NCBI GenBank assembly: GCA_040954595.2
Contig: CM082595.2
Location: forward strand, 4,924,137-4,988,136
Direction: 5' to 3'
Source of the DNA: Balanoglossus misakiensis
Taxonomy: Eukaryota > Animalia > Hemichordata
Length of the DNA stretch: 64,000 bases
Both the position numbers and the translations under genes were made by a program. Of this stretch, positions 1 through 13,188 are shown one piece after another; the stretch's first letter is position 1, and each line of letters opens with the position of its first letter. The notes beneath the pieces are model-generated. The model ran no database searches, was not told where the DNA came from, and saw nothing but the letters and a program-made list of their open reading frames with translations.

Positions 1-3000
1 CTGCCGTCGGATCAAACCGTAAATTTGATTGGCAGATTATAGACCACCACCTGGCCATAAGTATGATAAACCGCAGAATAAAACTTATAGACTACACCAC
101 TGGAGAAATTGTGCGAGTTTTCAAGGGGAAGTTGAGCTACAGTGACCAGTACATAGTCAACGACAGAACAGAAGTTGTGACCGCGACCAGGCACAGTAGA
201 AACCTGAAAATATACGACATCGCCACGGGCAACGTCGTTCACATCCTCCGCCACAGCGAGGAGAAGAAGACCAGAGAATCGACCGCAGTTGAAGACTACA
301 AAGCGAAATCCGACGGCGACGCTCGCCTGGTCGTTTCGAAGCTAGAAGAGGACGAGCAGCATTTGTACGTCTGGGACATTCCGAACCGGAAGCTGCGTCA
401 TCGTCTCAATCTACCGATGAAAGAAGGCGTGGAAGACGAAGAGAAAGGGACTCTGGATCTGATGGAGTTTGGCATCTCAAGCGACGAGCATTTCTTATGT
501 TGTAATGTGTACTACAAAGACGAATCAGTCACACCTAGTCCAGGAGTATGGGACCTCAATACTGGTAGGATCCTTCATACGTTGTCAAGCGAAATGCTTT
601 AATACAGTATTCCTTCTAAGATCATTGTTGTCATCATACGACTAAACAAATTCACTTAGACAAATTGATGCTTGATATTATTGGTGATATAACTAGCTGC
701 ATGCATTCATTTTTATCAGACGTGTTTATTCGATTTCGATTCGCGAAAATTATAACGACTATTTTGGTGAGAGACAAGAAATTTCAACATGCATATCTAC
801 GGTACTGCATCATGTTTTGTAATTGATTTTGTGAAAGAATTACTGGGTTTTGTGAGAGGGATATATATATACGTTATATTGCAGTGTTCCCTTTCTGTCT
901 ATGCCAATATCTATTTATCAGTATGCCAAATTTAGAATAAATATGAAACAGAATTTTGAAATATCATTGCATTAACACACATTCTTTATCTGTTACAGGC
1001 CAATACCTGTATACACTTTCACACGAGTTGGCAGGCTCAGTCAACGCCATGAAGGCGGTTGGGACTGACAAATTATTGACAAGTTACTATGACAACACCA
1101 AGGCGATTTGGATGTGGAGTTTGTTAACAGGTAGACGACAGTGGTTATCTGATTTTGTCGGTTTCATTAATGGTCATCATCACCACTCAAACTAAATTGA
1201 GTATGCTGAGTTTATATGGTTTCTTTTCTCTCACAAGGGGAGCCACTGATAAAACTACCGGGTCACCGAAGACTTGAAGTCGACAAGTTGCTCGTTTCCG
1301 ACGACGAACGTCGCCTTCTGTCGTACACCAGCGGTTCTGAAGAAAGGGAATTCATAGTGTGGGACTTAGTCAAAGGGGAAAGACTGGCTGGTTTTACGCT
1401 GGAGGAGGTAATACCTATGGCCGTGATAGGTGCCATGTTGAATGTTAGCTTGTCGGATTTACAAACGCACCAGAGCCAAAAACTATTAGAAAATGTGTCC
1501 ACGAATGACACAATTAAGTGGTACATTTGTACACATTTTAAACACCCGTATCAGTTTCTGATTTTTTTTATTCCTGTGCAGACAAATGACATTCAATTTG
1601 CATGCGGTGGTGACGTCATTGTTGTAGTAGCCAATAGCATCGGATCTATCGTCACTTTCACCTTAAATGGACCTGGTATTGAAAAAGTGCTGACACCTTT
1701 GAATGGGCCGCAAGTTTATAAAGATTCAGGTATGAGTTGCCAAAGGAGGAATACATACATGTATTTGCCTTGTAATTGGTATGTTGTTAATTGTGTACTC
1801 TGGATGCTAAAACATTGGGTTCACTTTTGACCACACGTCAAACCTTTGAGTTACATGCATACGTTTCTATAGGATCTTGACTATGCCTTATTTTGTCTCA
1901 TTATTCGTTTACTGTGAGAAAACTACTGTATTTGCATCTTTGAGCTAGAGTCACGAGAAGTGAACGAATTTCTTTCTTTCATGACACACTTAAGCACATG
2001 TTTAATGTAACGCTGCTTTGAATGTCCAGTCAACCAATCATGCTTTGAGTTCGCAATCATGTGATGTAGAATTCTGCATGGCATTTTGTGATTTTTAAAC
2101 ACTTTAACATTTTCACCTCTGAATCTCAGTTTAGTATTTTGCAGAATAAGCTTATCTATAGTGTTGGTAGAGGGTTGTTCGGTGGCTACACACAACAACT
2201 TCTCTGGCCAATACTTATACACATTATGAAGGCTTGATCATTGCTTTCAAATTGTATCTCCGGAATCCAACGGCTTCACTGAGAGGTTTAATCGACGCTT
2301 CCTCAGTGTAGTAAGTTTCATAACGTTTTCTTGACAGCTGATGTTGTCCCTTTTAATCAAAATGACGGTGTGAATGACGAAAAGGAAGACCCGGATGACA
2401 TCGATAGCGATGAGGATTCAGCAGATGAGGATGACGAAGGTGATGTTGACACAGACAAGGCTGATGATGATGATGATGGCGACGATGATGATGACGACTG
2501 GGTCAGTAGATTTTTGTCAGTGCTGTAACACTGGTTCTTCTGAAAACGGCTAGATCGATTAGATAAAAACAGAAAACGAACCAACATTTGAAGTACAGAC
2601 ACCTAGGTACCATCCTTAAAGGGCAACTGTCTGTAACCTTTGGCTATTTTTCAGTATTTTTGTTTTGTGTGTCAACTATTGTTCTCCTCCCAATAGTTTT
2701 CTGCTTGTCAACAATGCTTATCTGTGTACAGATCGTTAATGTTGTGGGTGTGTGTTGAGGGTGGGTGTCGTTCCATCTGCGGCTGCGGGTATGGATCCCA
2801 TACAACATAGTTGCTTGACAGTCAAAGCATGCGCACAATGTAACTGCTACAGTGCATCATTGAAAACAATATGGTTGTTAACTTTGTATTACACTGCACA
2901 TCGTAGCAAACAATGCATTATTACTTTATCACATTTCCAAGCTACTTTGATATAACATGTATTGCTTGGCAGGGCTTATCTGAACAGTCGGAGCAATGCT

Positions 3001-3326
3001 GATGTTATTTTTATAAACACATAACTCGCACATGTGCATTTGAGACAAGCTTCCCCCTTTAACTAAATGATTTTATTATATTTGTCTAACATCAGGGTTT
3101 AGATGATGATGATCTTGACAAGGAAGAAGCTGACGAGCCTGGTGGTGATGGTGACAATGATGGTAATGATGATGATGATGGTGACAATGATGGTAATGAT
3201 GATAATGATGATGATGACTCTTGGAAATTTAGTTCTGATGATGATGATGACAACGAGGATGCCCTTGATGGCGATGACCTTGAGAGTGACAAGAAAAAGA
3301 AAAGAAAGAAAGGAAAGGCGAAATAA
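1..3326 (+). CDS. 3' part of a WD40-repeat protein (NACHT/WD40 NWD-like C-terminus) with Asp-rich acidic tail and terminal basic cluster; 5' end lies outside the window
   Basis: Exons <1-564, 999-1130, 1238-1407, 1582-1729, 2338-2501, 3096-3326 (TAA), all GT-AG and phase-consistent. WD-like ends: LKIYDIATG, LYVWDIPN, PGVWDLNTG, IWMWSLLTG, FIVWDLVKG. Ends ...DDLESDKKKKRKKGKAK*. AATAAA at 4117. No NACHT domain is visible, so the NWD label is inference. Confidence 0.75.
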
Positions 3327-4666
3327 ATCTTGAAATGCGCAGCGTTTCCATGTGGTCCATTTTACATCTATTTTCAGAACAAGTCGCGTGGTATGTATTG
3401 CAAGAAGAATGTTTTCAGCTGACACGTTTTGACAATCTTCCATATTTACAGATTAATCCAACCGTTTGGCCACGGTGTTCACGCATACATGTACTTCAAG
3501 AACAACATAGCTACTGCACCAAATTTGATGAAATCTTGTACAGATAGCCATCTCACAAGGTTATGCGTGTTTGTGTACATACATGTATATACTATTTTGT
3601 AATAGTGGTGTACTTCCAATCTGGGTTTTATTTTTGTAAACTATTTATTCCTGTGTCCCTCTGTGCAATAATTCTTCCCATTTTGGAACAAACGTCGGGC
3701 TTTTACCACAGAAATCGACAATCTTGAAAATATAAACACAAAGTGTAATCAGTGAAAATATTTGCAAATAATTTGGCATAACTCCATAAATGATCAATCA
3801 ACATCAAACAACTTTCGAACGTCAATTTAACCGAATAAACTAACATGCTCAGGGCAAACGAAATGGAAAAATGTATTGCATAAACGACCAATTTAGTTAT
3901 GTCTCGTGAAAATGAAACGATTTTTAACCACGTATAATGTTTTGATTATCTTTACCATATTGTTAAGTGCCTGTACACTTCCATTTTAATTGGCGGAGAA
4001 GTACAGGATGAATAGTAACAATAACTACCATGACTGTATTATTATGTAGGCCTAATTATATTTAACGCTGGTTTTAAAACTGTAAGCTGAAGGTTTATAT
4101 ATGAATACTAACATTCAATAAATCTTTAAACCCCATTTTTAGTTTATTGCGTTTCATTGGTTTATAATCCCTTTTATTTCACAGTAGTAATTGTCATGAC
4201 GTCCAAAACAGTATGGGGGATTATCGCCAAAGATGCCATCGACTGTATAGTCAAATTCCGAAGCTAGTGTCGTAGTCCCGCGACCATCTCAGGCAACATC
4301 TAGATGCTTGAAAACTACACATATCACTGTTTCTTGCACATTCAACTCTTCCACAAACTAGACTTAATTGTAAGAACGAAATCTAATCTCAGTGTGGCAT
4401 GTATGAACGGCTGATCTCAATGGAGTACAGCTCCTCATCAACTTGGAACGGTATGCCATTCGATTTTGACCAGTTAGACTCCAAATACGCACTCGCTATT
4501 AACGCTCGTGCCTATATGTCGGGACCTGTTCAAAATCTCGTGGTATGCCCGTCCTGGGGGTGCTTTATTGGCTAAATATTAAATAAAGGATTAATTATTA
4601 CGAATAGACTTCATACAGGACGCGCCTCAACACACGTACAACCGCACATGAAAAGATTTACTCGTC

Positions 4667-7082
4667 ATGGCAGCTCACGCAACTGATGGTGATGTAGAAT
4701 TCAGCGATGATTGTTTGCGCGGTCCAATACTCGAATGCGAGAGCGATATGGAGCGACACAGGAAGGAAAAAGGTTTACCGAGTCGACACAGCTTTGGCGA
4801 GCAGACAACCAAAACGAAAGTACGTCGAAAAAAGACCAAAAAATGTGGGGTTTGTGAGCAAGACGACAGCGTCAAACACTGCGTTGAATGCGATCTCAAC
4901 CTTTGCGAAAACTGGACAACAGCTCATGGAAAAGTACCGGTCACGCAGTTACACTGCCTGATGGCCTTTGATGAGTACCAGGAGGCAAAGTCCAAAAATC
5001 CGGCCATTGTTCAGCCTCCTACCTACTGCAGTAAACATCCAGAAAGCCAGGTCAAATACTACTGTGATAGCTGCTCAACGGTCATATGCACAGAATGTAC
5101 TGTTATAGGTACGTTTCACATTACATTGACAATGTTAATACGTGTATCAAAAATACGGCACTTCATATATCGAACCATTTAGTTCTGACGTCCAGCCCGA
5201 AGAAAATATCGCCTTATATTTAGGGTCAATTGAAAGTATTCTATTTTTCTGAAATGATTTTACAAAATGTTCTCAACAAGTGATAACAATTAATATGCCT
5301 ATTATTCCAGACTAAATAATTTATCACGGAGAACATTTTTCAATTATACCTGTTCAGATATTTCGGAAAAGAAAATCGTTGGAGTAATGGTGATGGGTCT
5401 TCCTTTCAATTTCAGATCATCCCAACACTTCACACAAGTACAGATACTTAGATTACGCAACCGAGGAATTCTCCCAGTCACTGAGTAAAATGATTGATAA
5501 TCTTGTCAAAAAAGAAAAAGAAAATCTCGGCAGCAAAACAGCTGTGGAAAAGGTAAGCGAGACCTTAGAGCAAACCATGCATGAAGAAACAAACCGAATA
5601 AAGAATCACGCACAAAAGGAAATCGAGGAATTAACAAGTAAGGTGGTAGCAAAAGAACAACAGCTGTTGAAGGAACTTGATGAAGTGTATGTCGAGAGGA
5701 AAGGACACTTACAAGCTCAGATGCAAGACTTGGAAGGTGTTGGGAATAACTTGGAGCACGTGCGGGGATTTGCAGAGAACTTGATCCAGTATGGAAATGC
5801 TACACAGTTGCTGACGGCAAGGCAAGGGATGACCACTCAAATACAGGAACTCATGACTGTTGAAACAGAATGTAGTCCTGTGGCCGATGGTTACATGGAG
5901 TTTCTACCCAGTAATGAAACATGGGAAGTAAAGAGTCTGGGCATGATACAGAAGAGCGTGTACAGCGTCTCCGAAGATGCACAATTCACCAGAGTTGGAG
6001 ATGAAGTAAAGGCAACTGTAAAAGTGGCCAGCCGTCAGGTTCAACCCACACCAGCTAGCTCACGTGACGTGAAGGCGACGATGAAGACTCCAGACTACAA
6101 GACAGAACAAATGAAAGTAACTGACAATAAAGACGGAACAGTTTCACTGAGAAGTGTTCCAAAAGTGGAAGGCAAACATGAATTATCAGTGTCGGTGTAC
6201 AACACACCTGTGCAGGGTTCACCACTCAGAGTGAATGTAATTCCTCGTAAAGGGTTGCGATGTAGATTTGGCCGGGAAGGGTCAGGAAAGGGGGGGCTTA
6301 ATTATCCAGTGGGTGTAATGATAACCAAAAAGAAAGACGTCTTAGTGTGTGACAAATACAATAAGAGACTACAATCATTTAACTTGAAAGGAAATCATGG
6401 TCGCACAATAACATTCACAAATTTTGACCAAAAACATGACTTTGATCCATGTCATGCAGCGGCATCAAAGAATGGCCGTATCTACATTACAGATATAGAT
6501 AATAAGCAGGTAGTTGTTTGTGATGAGAATTACAAACTGATAGGATGGTTTGGTCAAGACCAACTGAAATCCCCTTTCGGTATTGCAGAGAATCCAACAA
6601 ATGGCTGGATTTATGTAGTTGATATATACGCACACTGTGTTCACATTTACGGGGCTGATCATCAGTACATCAAATCATTTGGCAGTCAGGGGAATGGAAA
6701 TGGCCAGTTTCAGGTTCCATACTTTGTTTGCATTACTCCCACTGGAAACGTCACTGTATCAGATGGCGACAATCACCGCATCCAGGTATTCACTGCAGAG
6801 GGTGAACACCTGCATACTTTTGGGTCACGTGGCAGTGGTGTCTATGAGTTCAATTCCCCACATGGTGTCACAACTGACAAGGCTGGTAATTTGTATGTGT
6901 GTGACAGAGCCAATCACAGAGTGCAGAAATTTGATTCCCAGTATCGATATGTCTGCCGTGTCGATGACGATGTGAATGGAGTGAAATATCCCACCGGAAT
7001 ATGCGTTACCGATGACGAGCCATTTGCCACAGTTGTAGTTTCTGAAATTTACAGCGATCGTATTTCCGTGTTTAATCAATAA
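4667..7082 (+). CDS. TRIM-NHL protein, paralog A (degenerate RING, B-box1, B-box2, coiled coil, filamin, 6x NHL)
   Basis: Exons 4667-5108 and 5416-7082 (phase-1 GT-AG intron giving ...CTVI-D-HP...). B-box2 YCSKHPESQVKYYCDSC; filamin VTDNKDGT...EGKHELSVSVYNTPVQGSP; NHL PHGVTTDKAGNLYVCDRANHRVQKF. RING ligands are lost (GPIL, LPSRHSFGEQ). ORF is uninterrupted. Confidence 0.88.
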
Positions 7083-8145
7083 ACTCTGACATTTGGCCGA
7101 CAAGTCAGTGTCAATCCTCATTAGTGTGGTTAAATAATTCTGAAACAAAAAATGTGATTGCCATTGTCACAGCATTGAACTAACACCACAAATTACACAG
7201 CTCAGTTCACAGGTAGTAGGTTAAGTTTCCACTAAACTATTCGAGTGATGACCATGTTTTTTTCTCGCTTTAAGTCTCTCAATACACCTATCTAAACAAG
7301 AGCATATTTTACATATCGCAAGTATGTTTTGTTTGAAAATCTTTTTCTTTAGCCTGATCTATTTTGTAACTTAAGTACAAATTTCCACTGTATAATTAAA
7401 ATCCATGTTTTCTATTGTTTGACAAAATATGATTATGCAATTGGATTGTTTAGTTTGCATCATATCAGAAATTCAACATGTTTATTCATATTCAATGTGT
7501 GTTAAGTTTTGCATGTGTTTATTCGATGAAAGATAATCCAGGGTAATATGAGTTACTTGTACTTGTAAATTCTTTGTACTAAACTGATTATGAAGGAATT
7601 CTTGGTTTTAGTAAAGCTCATGGAGTCATGAGCTTATTATTCTCTGTCTTGTTTTTGATATTTTAGAGAAATTGTATGTTTTCAACTTTTGTTGACAAAA
7701 ACAACTTGTATGTATCCAAACATTGAACAATCTCATGAACAAATCTTAATTCTAAAATTCCAAAATGTCATAGATATTAGAATGGAACCAAAATATATTC
7801 AAGTAACAGCTATTCATTGTATTTTTATTATCAATACTTCAAGTTCAATACAATATAACACAAAAAAAATGGAAATGCTTGAAAGATTCTTTCTTATTTC
7901 TACAACATGGAGTGAGGTAAAGAGATTGTTGATATTTTTTGAGAGGAAAAAGAAACTATCAGAAAGCTACACAACTACATTTACATGTGACAACTCTTAT
8001 AGCTAAATTTGAATTTTCCATGGCGACAGTGGTTAAATTTGCATAGGTGACCCTGTAATGAAAACACTGAAATATGAGGTGCCACTTGCAAATGTCGACG
8101 TTCAAAACTCTAGATACTATAGAACAGTTTTATACATGCAAGGTA
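7083..8145 (+). repeat. Non-coding part of the tandem TRIM duplication
   Basis: 7083-7520 resembles 11081-11650. About 7530-8145 is near-identical to about 12445-13051. Confidence 0.85.
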
Positions 8146-8215
8146 TCCAATATGTCAATGATCTTGTCAACTGCCTGTCGGGGGAGTTGGTAATCTACAA
8201 ACATACTTCTCCGTA
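8146..8215 (+). pseudogene. 70-bp orphan copy of TRIM RING-end coding sequence
   Basis: Matches 8726-8795 with about 6 mismatches, one of which creates TGA in the RING frame. Confidence 0.8.
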
Positions 8216-8558
8216 GGTGCGACCTACTAGTATTTCCTGGAACCAGTGAAAGGGAGCCACACGTATACAGCGCCATATAAGGCACCAGTGTTCTTCGGAA
8301 TGGCGATTTAAACATTAAGCTTTCTCAGGTAGTAATAAAAGTTTTCCTTCAGAGTTGTCCTGTTTTAGAGTGTAGCTAACACAAAGAGGGCAGTCACCAA
8401 TATAGATTATCTTGAGTTCCTGTATCCAAAATATGACTTAGGGAACTAACAAATAACGTGGTTGAAAGTTCCCCCAATTGAAGTAAACAGAGCACACCTA
8501 CATGAAAGTAAGGCTTCCCTCACAATTACCATAACGCAAATAATAAGTTGTATTCGTC

Positions 8559-11080
8559 ATGGCCGCGAGTAAGGAGGCACAGTTTTTTGAGGAATTCAGC
8601 GAGAATTTTCTCGTTTGTCCGATTTGTTCTGAGCGATACAAGAATGCCAAAGTTCTACCGTGTCAACACAGCTTTTGCGAGCAGTGTTTACGTGATCTGG
8701 TGGAGAAGACAGGGAAGTTGGAGTGTCCAATATGTCGACGATCTTGTCAACTGCCTGTCGGGGGCGTTGGTAATCTGCAAACAAACTTCTCTGTAAACCA
8801 AATGGTGGAGCAGTTTGATAAAAGAGACACCGAGACGAGGAAATGTGGTGGTTGCGAGCGAGACGACAGCGTCAAACACTGCGTCGAATGTGATCTCAAC
8901 CTTTGCGAAAACTGCGGAACAGCTCATGGAAAAGTACCGGTCACTCGGTCACACAACCTAATGGCCTTTGATGAATACCAGGAGGCAAAGGCCAAAACTC
9001 CGGCCATTGTTCAGCCTCCTACCTACTGCAGTAAACATCCAGAAAGCCAGGTCAAATACTACTGTGATAGCTGCTCAACGGTCATATGCACAGACTGTAC
9101 TGTTATAGGTACGTTTCACAGTACATTGACAATATTTATGCGTGTATCAGAAATACAGCAACGACATATCCAACCATTTAGTTGATGTTCTGACGTCCAG
9201 CCTGAAGAAAATATCAAATTTAGATTATTAAATGATTACATTCAAAGGGATACATTTAGGACAATTGCAAGTATTGTATTTTTCTGGAATAATTTTACAA
9301 AATGTCAACAAGTGATAATATGGCCAACATTCCGGGCTAATTATTTATCACTGAGAACATTTTTCCACTATGTTGAAAATCGTGGGAATAATGGCGATGG
9401 TTCTTCCATTCAATTTCAGATCATCCCATCACTTCACATAAATACAGATACTTAAATGAAGCAGCAGGGGAATTCTCCCAGTCACTGAATAAAATGATCG
9501 TTAATCTCGTCAGAAAAGAAAAAGAAAATCTTGGCAGCAAGACAGCTGTGGATAAGGTAAGCGAGACCTTAGAGCAAACCATGCATGAAGAAACAAACCA
9601 AATAAAGAATCACGCACAAAAGGAAATTGAGGAATTCACACGTAAGGTGGTAGCAAAAGAACAACAGCTGTTGAAGGAACTTGATGAAGTGTATGTCGAG
9701 AGGAAAGGACACTTACAAGCTCAGATGCAAGACTTGGAAAGTGTTGGGAATAACTTGGAGCATGTGCGAGGATTTGCAGAGAACTTGATCCAGTATGGAA
9801 ATGCTACACAGTTGCTGACAGCAAGGCAAGGGATGACCACTCAAATACAGGAACTCATGACTGTTGAAACAGAATGTAGTCCTGTGGCCGATGGTTACAT
9901 GGAGTTTCTACCCAGTAATGAAACATGGGAAGTAAAGAGTCTTGGCATGATACAGAAGAGAGTGTACAGCGTCTCTGAAGATGCACAATTCACCAGAGTT
10001 GGAGATGAAGTAAAGGCAACCGTAAAAGTGGCCAGTCGTAAGGTCAAAACCACACCAGCCAGCTCACGTGACGTGAAGGCGATGATGAATACTCCAGACA
10101 ACAAAACAGAACAAATGAAAGTAACTGACAATAAAGACGGAACAGTTTCACTGAGAAGTGTTCCAAAAGTGGAAGGCAAACATGAATTATCAGTGTCGGT
10201 GTACAACACACCTGTGCAGGGTTCACCACTCAGAGTGAATGTGATTCCTCGTAAAGGGTTGCGATGTAGATTTGGTCAGAGAGGGTCAGGAAAGGGGGAG
10301 CTTAATTATCCAGTGGGTGTAATAATAACCAAAAAGAAAGACGTGGTAGTGTGTGACAAATCCCATAACAGACTAAAATCATTTAACTTGAAAGGAAATC
10401 ATGGTCGCACAGTAACATTCACAAATTTTGACAAAGTCTTTGGTCCAGTTCATGCAGCGGCATCAAAGAATGGCCGTATCTACATTACAGATGTAGGGAA
10501 TAAGCAGGTAGTTGTTTGTGATGAGAATTACAAACTGATAGGATGGTTTGGTCAAGACCAACTGAAATACCCTTTCGGTATTGTAGAGAATCCAACAAAT
10601 GGCTGGATTTATGTAGTTGATTACGATGCACACTGTGTTCACATTTACGGGGCTGATCATCAGTACATCAAATCATTTGGCAGTCCGGGGAATAGAAATG
10701 GTCAGTTTCAGTATCCATACTGTGTTTGCATTACTCCCAATGGAAATGTCATTGTATCAGATTACGGCAATCACCGCATCCAGGTATTCACTGCAGAGGG
10801 TGAACACCTGCATACCTTCGGGTCACGTGGCAGTGGTGTCTATGAGTTCTATTCCCCACATGGTGTCACAACTGACAAGGCTGGTAATTTGTATGTGTGT
10901 GACAGAGACAATCACAGAGTGCAGAAATTTGATTCCCAGTATCGATATGTCTGCCGTGTTGATGACGATGAGAATGGAGTGAAGTGTCCCGTCGGAATAT
11001 GCGTTACCGATGACGAGCCATTCGCCACAGTCGTAGTTTCTGAAGTAAACAGCCACCGTATTTCCGTGTTTAATCAATAA
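8559..11080 (+). CDS. TRIM-NHL E3 ligase, paralog B (RING, B-box1, B-box2, coiled coil, filamin, 6x NHL; TRIM2/TRIM3-like architecture)
   Basis: Exons 8559-9108 and 9420-11080. Intact C3HC4 RING CPIC...LPCQHSFCEQC...CPIC, two B-boxes, filamin, six NHL repeats. Confidence 0.93.
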
Positions 11081-12237
11081 ACTCTGACATTTGACTGACA
11101 ATTTGTCAGTGTCAATCCTCATTAGTGTGGTTAAATAATTCTGAAACAAAAAATGTGATTGCCACATTGTCACAGCATTGAACTGACACCACAAATTACA
11201 CAGCTCAGTTCACAGGTAGTAGGTTAAGTTTCCACTGAACTATTTGAGTGACGACCGTGTTTTTTTCTCTCTTTAAGTCTATCAATACGATTGATTGTTT
11301 ATTTGCATCAATCTATCAATACGCCTTATCTAAACAAGAGCATATTTTACATATCCAAATATATGTGTTGTTTTAAAACATCCTTTTCTTTAGCCAGATC
11401 TATTTTTAAGTACAAATTACAAATTGTATATCAAATATTATACAATTTAAACAGATACATGTTATTATCCTTTTAAATAGAGAGGTTTTCTTTATTTTAA
11501 GAGTTTCTTCCTGTTTTTTGACGAAATATGATTTAGCAAATGATTTGATATTTAGTTTGCATCACATCTCATCAGAATTTCCATATGTTGATTTATATTC
11601 AAGTGTCTGTATTTTATATATAAAGTTTTGCATATGTTTCTGTGATGAGACAGAATCCAAATAATATCTAGTTACTTGTATATTCTCTGTACTAATACGC
11701 ATTTCTTAATTTCATTCTTAAATAGTAACCAAAAAGCTCCACTTATCTGTAACTTTTGTTTATTTTGCAGTATCAGCCATCAAATTTATTTTCTCTAAAT
11801 AGACTGTGTGCATATTCGACATTGTTCTTCTTCGAAAAAATGTTTTCCAGTAGAAGACTGGAAAGCATTTGTCAACAATAACAGAGAACCCTATACATTA
11901 TATATGACTTTTTTAATGACCTGAAAATTGGCCATGTGTGATTATGTAGAGACAAGATGAACAAGAAAATGTAACGTCTATCTAAATCAAATGTTAAAGG
12001 AATCTTAAGTTTTCTGAGGACAATCTTTTATCCAAATATCAACAAAACATACAGAATAATTAATTTGCCTTAAATTGAATAAATTTGAGAGAATATCTCT
12101 GCATACCTCACGCCAGTAGTGTAAAAGAATGTTTGAAAATGAGTAAAAAAGGGGGGGGGGGGGATAAAAAAAATACTCTCTGTATGTACCCGTGTATGCA
12201 TGCCATTTATTCACATTATGGTAAATTCTGGCATTGG

Positions 12238-12690
12238 TCATGAAGGAATTCTTTGTTTTAGTAACGCTCATGGCAGTCATGAGCTTTTTATTATTCTCTG
12301 TCTTGTTTTTGAGAATATTTGAGAGAAATTGTATTTTTGTTGACAAAAGCAACTTGTATGTATCCAAGCATTGACGTCTTATGAACAAATCTTAGTTCTA
12401 AAATTCCAAAATGTCATAGATTAGAATGGATGTGTTTATGTGATGAAAGAGAGTCCAAGGTATTATAGTGTTACTTGTAAATTCTTTGTACTAAACTGGT
12501 TATGAAGGAATTCTTGGTTTTAGTAAAGCTCATGTAGTCATGAGCTTATTATTCTGTCTTGTTTTTGATATTTTAGAGAAATTGTATGTTTTCAACTTTT
12601 GTTGACAAAAACAACTTGTATGTATCCAAACATTGAACAGTCTCATGAACAAATCTTAATTCTAAAATTCCAAAATGTCATAGATTAGAA
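12238..12690 (+). repeat. Local tandem duplication of ~190 bp
   Basis: 12240-12430 (atgaaggaattctt...gtcatagattagaat) recurs at 12502-12691, and again near 7590-7782. Confidence 0.7.
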
Positions 12691-13188
12691 TTGAACCAAT
12701 ATATATTCAAGTAACAGCTATTCATTGTATTTTTATTATCAATACTTCAAGTTCAATACAATATAACACAAAAAAAATGAAAATGCTTGAAAGATTCTTT
12801 CTTATTTCTACAACATGGAGTGAGGTAAAGAGATTGTTGATATTTTTTGAGAGGAAAAAGAAACTATCAGAAAGCTACACAACTACTTTTACCTGTGACA
12901 ACTCTTATAGCTAAATTTGATTTTTCCATGGTAACAGTGGTTAAATTTGCATGGGTGATCCTGCAATGAAAACACTGAAATATGAGATGCCACTTGCAAA
13001 TGTCCAAAACTCTAGATACTTATAATAGAACAGTTTTATACATGCAAGGTATTCAAGACCTTGTGAAATATTATGGGATACACTGAAGTGAAATGGATTT
13101 GTTGGTCAAACATGTTAAAAAAGACTTATACTGAACACAGCTAAAATGCCAGGTTGGTTACAACATCACTATTAAAAACACACATGTT

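Noticed and set aside
3092-3443. Met-rich, Ile-rich and Ser-rich ORFs
   Set aside because: They are alternative frames or antisense readings of the GAT-rich acidic exon.
6250-11080. Diversity-generating retroelement behind the NHL variation
   Set aside because: There is no reverse transcriptase or template repeat in the window, and the differences are not restricted to adenines.
4840-13051. TRIM duplication as uncollapsed haplotypes
   Set aside because: The 5' ends differ, the introns have diverged with indels, and the junction is complex. This favours a real duplication, though read-level confirmation is lacking.
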